DNA of 64,000 bases, from NCBI RefSeq assembly GCF_046119375.1, contig NW_027362764.1:206522001-206586000 (forward strand), in the 5' to 3' direction. Each line of letters starts with the position of its first letter. Position 1 is the first letter of the stretch. Source of the stretch: Phyllobates terribilis. Lineage: Eukaryota. Made by a program: the position numbers and the translations under genes. Of the stretch, positions 62,869-64,000 are shown one piece after another. The notes below the pieces were generated by a model. That model was not told the DNA's origin. It saw only the letters and a program-made list of their open reading frames with translations, and ran no database searches.

Positions 62869-64000
62869 CGCTGCTCAAAAAAATAAAGGGAACACTCAAA
62901 TAACACATCCTAGATATGAGTGAATGAAATATTCTCATTGAATACTTTGTTCTGTACAAAGTTGAATGTGCTGACAACAAAATCACACAAAAATCATCAA
63001 TGGAAATCAAATTTAATAACCAATGGAGGCCTGGATTTGGAGTCACCCCCAAAATTAAAGTGGAAAAACACACTACAGGCTGATCCAACTTTGATATAAT
63101 GTCCTTAAAATAAGTCAAAATGAGTCTCAGTAATGTGCGAGGCCTCCACGTGCCTGTATGACCTCCCTACAATGCCTGGGCATGCTCCTCATGAGGTTAC
63201 GGATGGTGTCCTGTGGGATCTCCTCCCAGACCTGGACTAAAGCATCTGCCAACTCCTGGACAGTCTGTGGTGCAACGTGACATTGGTGGATGGAGCGAGA
63301 TGTGCTCAATCAGATTCAGGTCTGGGGAACGGGCGGGCCAGTCCCTAATTTCAATGCCTTAATCTTGCAGGAACTGCTGACACACTCCAGCCACATGAGG
63401 TTTGGCATTGTCCTGCATTAGGAGGAACTCAGGGCCAACTGCACCAGCATATCGTCTCACAAGGGGTCTGAGGATCTCATCTCGGTACCTAATGGTAGTC
63501 AGGCTACCGCTGGCAAGCACATGCCACCCCACACCATTACTGACCCACTGCCAAACCGGTCATGCTGAAGGATGTTGCAGGCAGCAGATCGCTCTCCACG
63601 GCGTCTCCAGACTCTGTCACGTCTGTCACATGTGCTCAGTGTGAACCTGCTTTCATCTGTGAAGAGCACAGGATGCCAGTGGTGACTTTGCCAATACTGG
63701 TGTCCTGTGGCAAATGCAAAGCGTCCTGCACTGTGTTGGGCTGTGAGCACAACCCCCATCTGTGGATGTCGGACCCTCATACCACTCTCATGGAGTCGGT
63801 TTCTAAGCGTTTGTGCAGACACATGCACATTTGTGGCCTGCTGGAGGTCATTTTGGAGGGCTCTAGCAGTGCTCCTCCTGTTCCTCCTTGCACAGAGGCA
63901 GAGGTAGCGGTCCTGCTGCTGGGTTGTTGATCCCCTACGGCCCCCTCCACGTCTCCTGGTGTACTGGCCTGTCTCCTGGTAGAGCCTCCAGCCTCTGGAC
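62869..64000 (-). mobile_element. Decayed Tc1 element running off the window
   Basis: TA|CGCTGCTCAAAAAAATAAAGGG TIR; minus strand [16 protein letters not shown] and C-terminus ARGGLAHY*. Confidence 0.9.

Overview
Eukaryotic DNA, AT-rich and dominated by transposons. The repeat families (T2/Kolobok-type MITEs, Tc1 incl. DD35E, sushi- and Gmr1-type Ty3/Gypsy, CR1/L1/L2, hATs) point to a vertebrate, most likely a frog; this is inferred from family content, not a database hit. No complete host gene is recognisable, only a few unassigned candidate exons (best: 59122-59290). Main contents: a 2 kb G-rich minisatellite; four Gypsy-family elements plus solo and partial LTRs; two full-length hATs with 8-bp TSDs, one (11886-22597) with an intact 1233-aa BED-finger transposase, a 110-bp array and internal cargo including a decayed 18S rRNA fragment; seven Tc1-type elements or fragments, one an intact DD35E transposase; LINE and MITE remnants; and three minimal hammerhead-ribozyme motifs, one inside an apparent head-to-tail retrozyme-like repeat. 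No CRISPR array, functional rRNA gene or tRNA gene. Boundaries were read by eye and are approximate unless a TSD is quoted.
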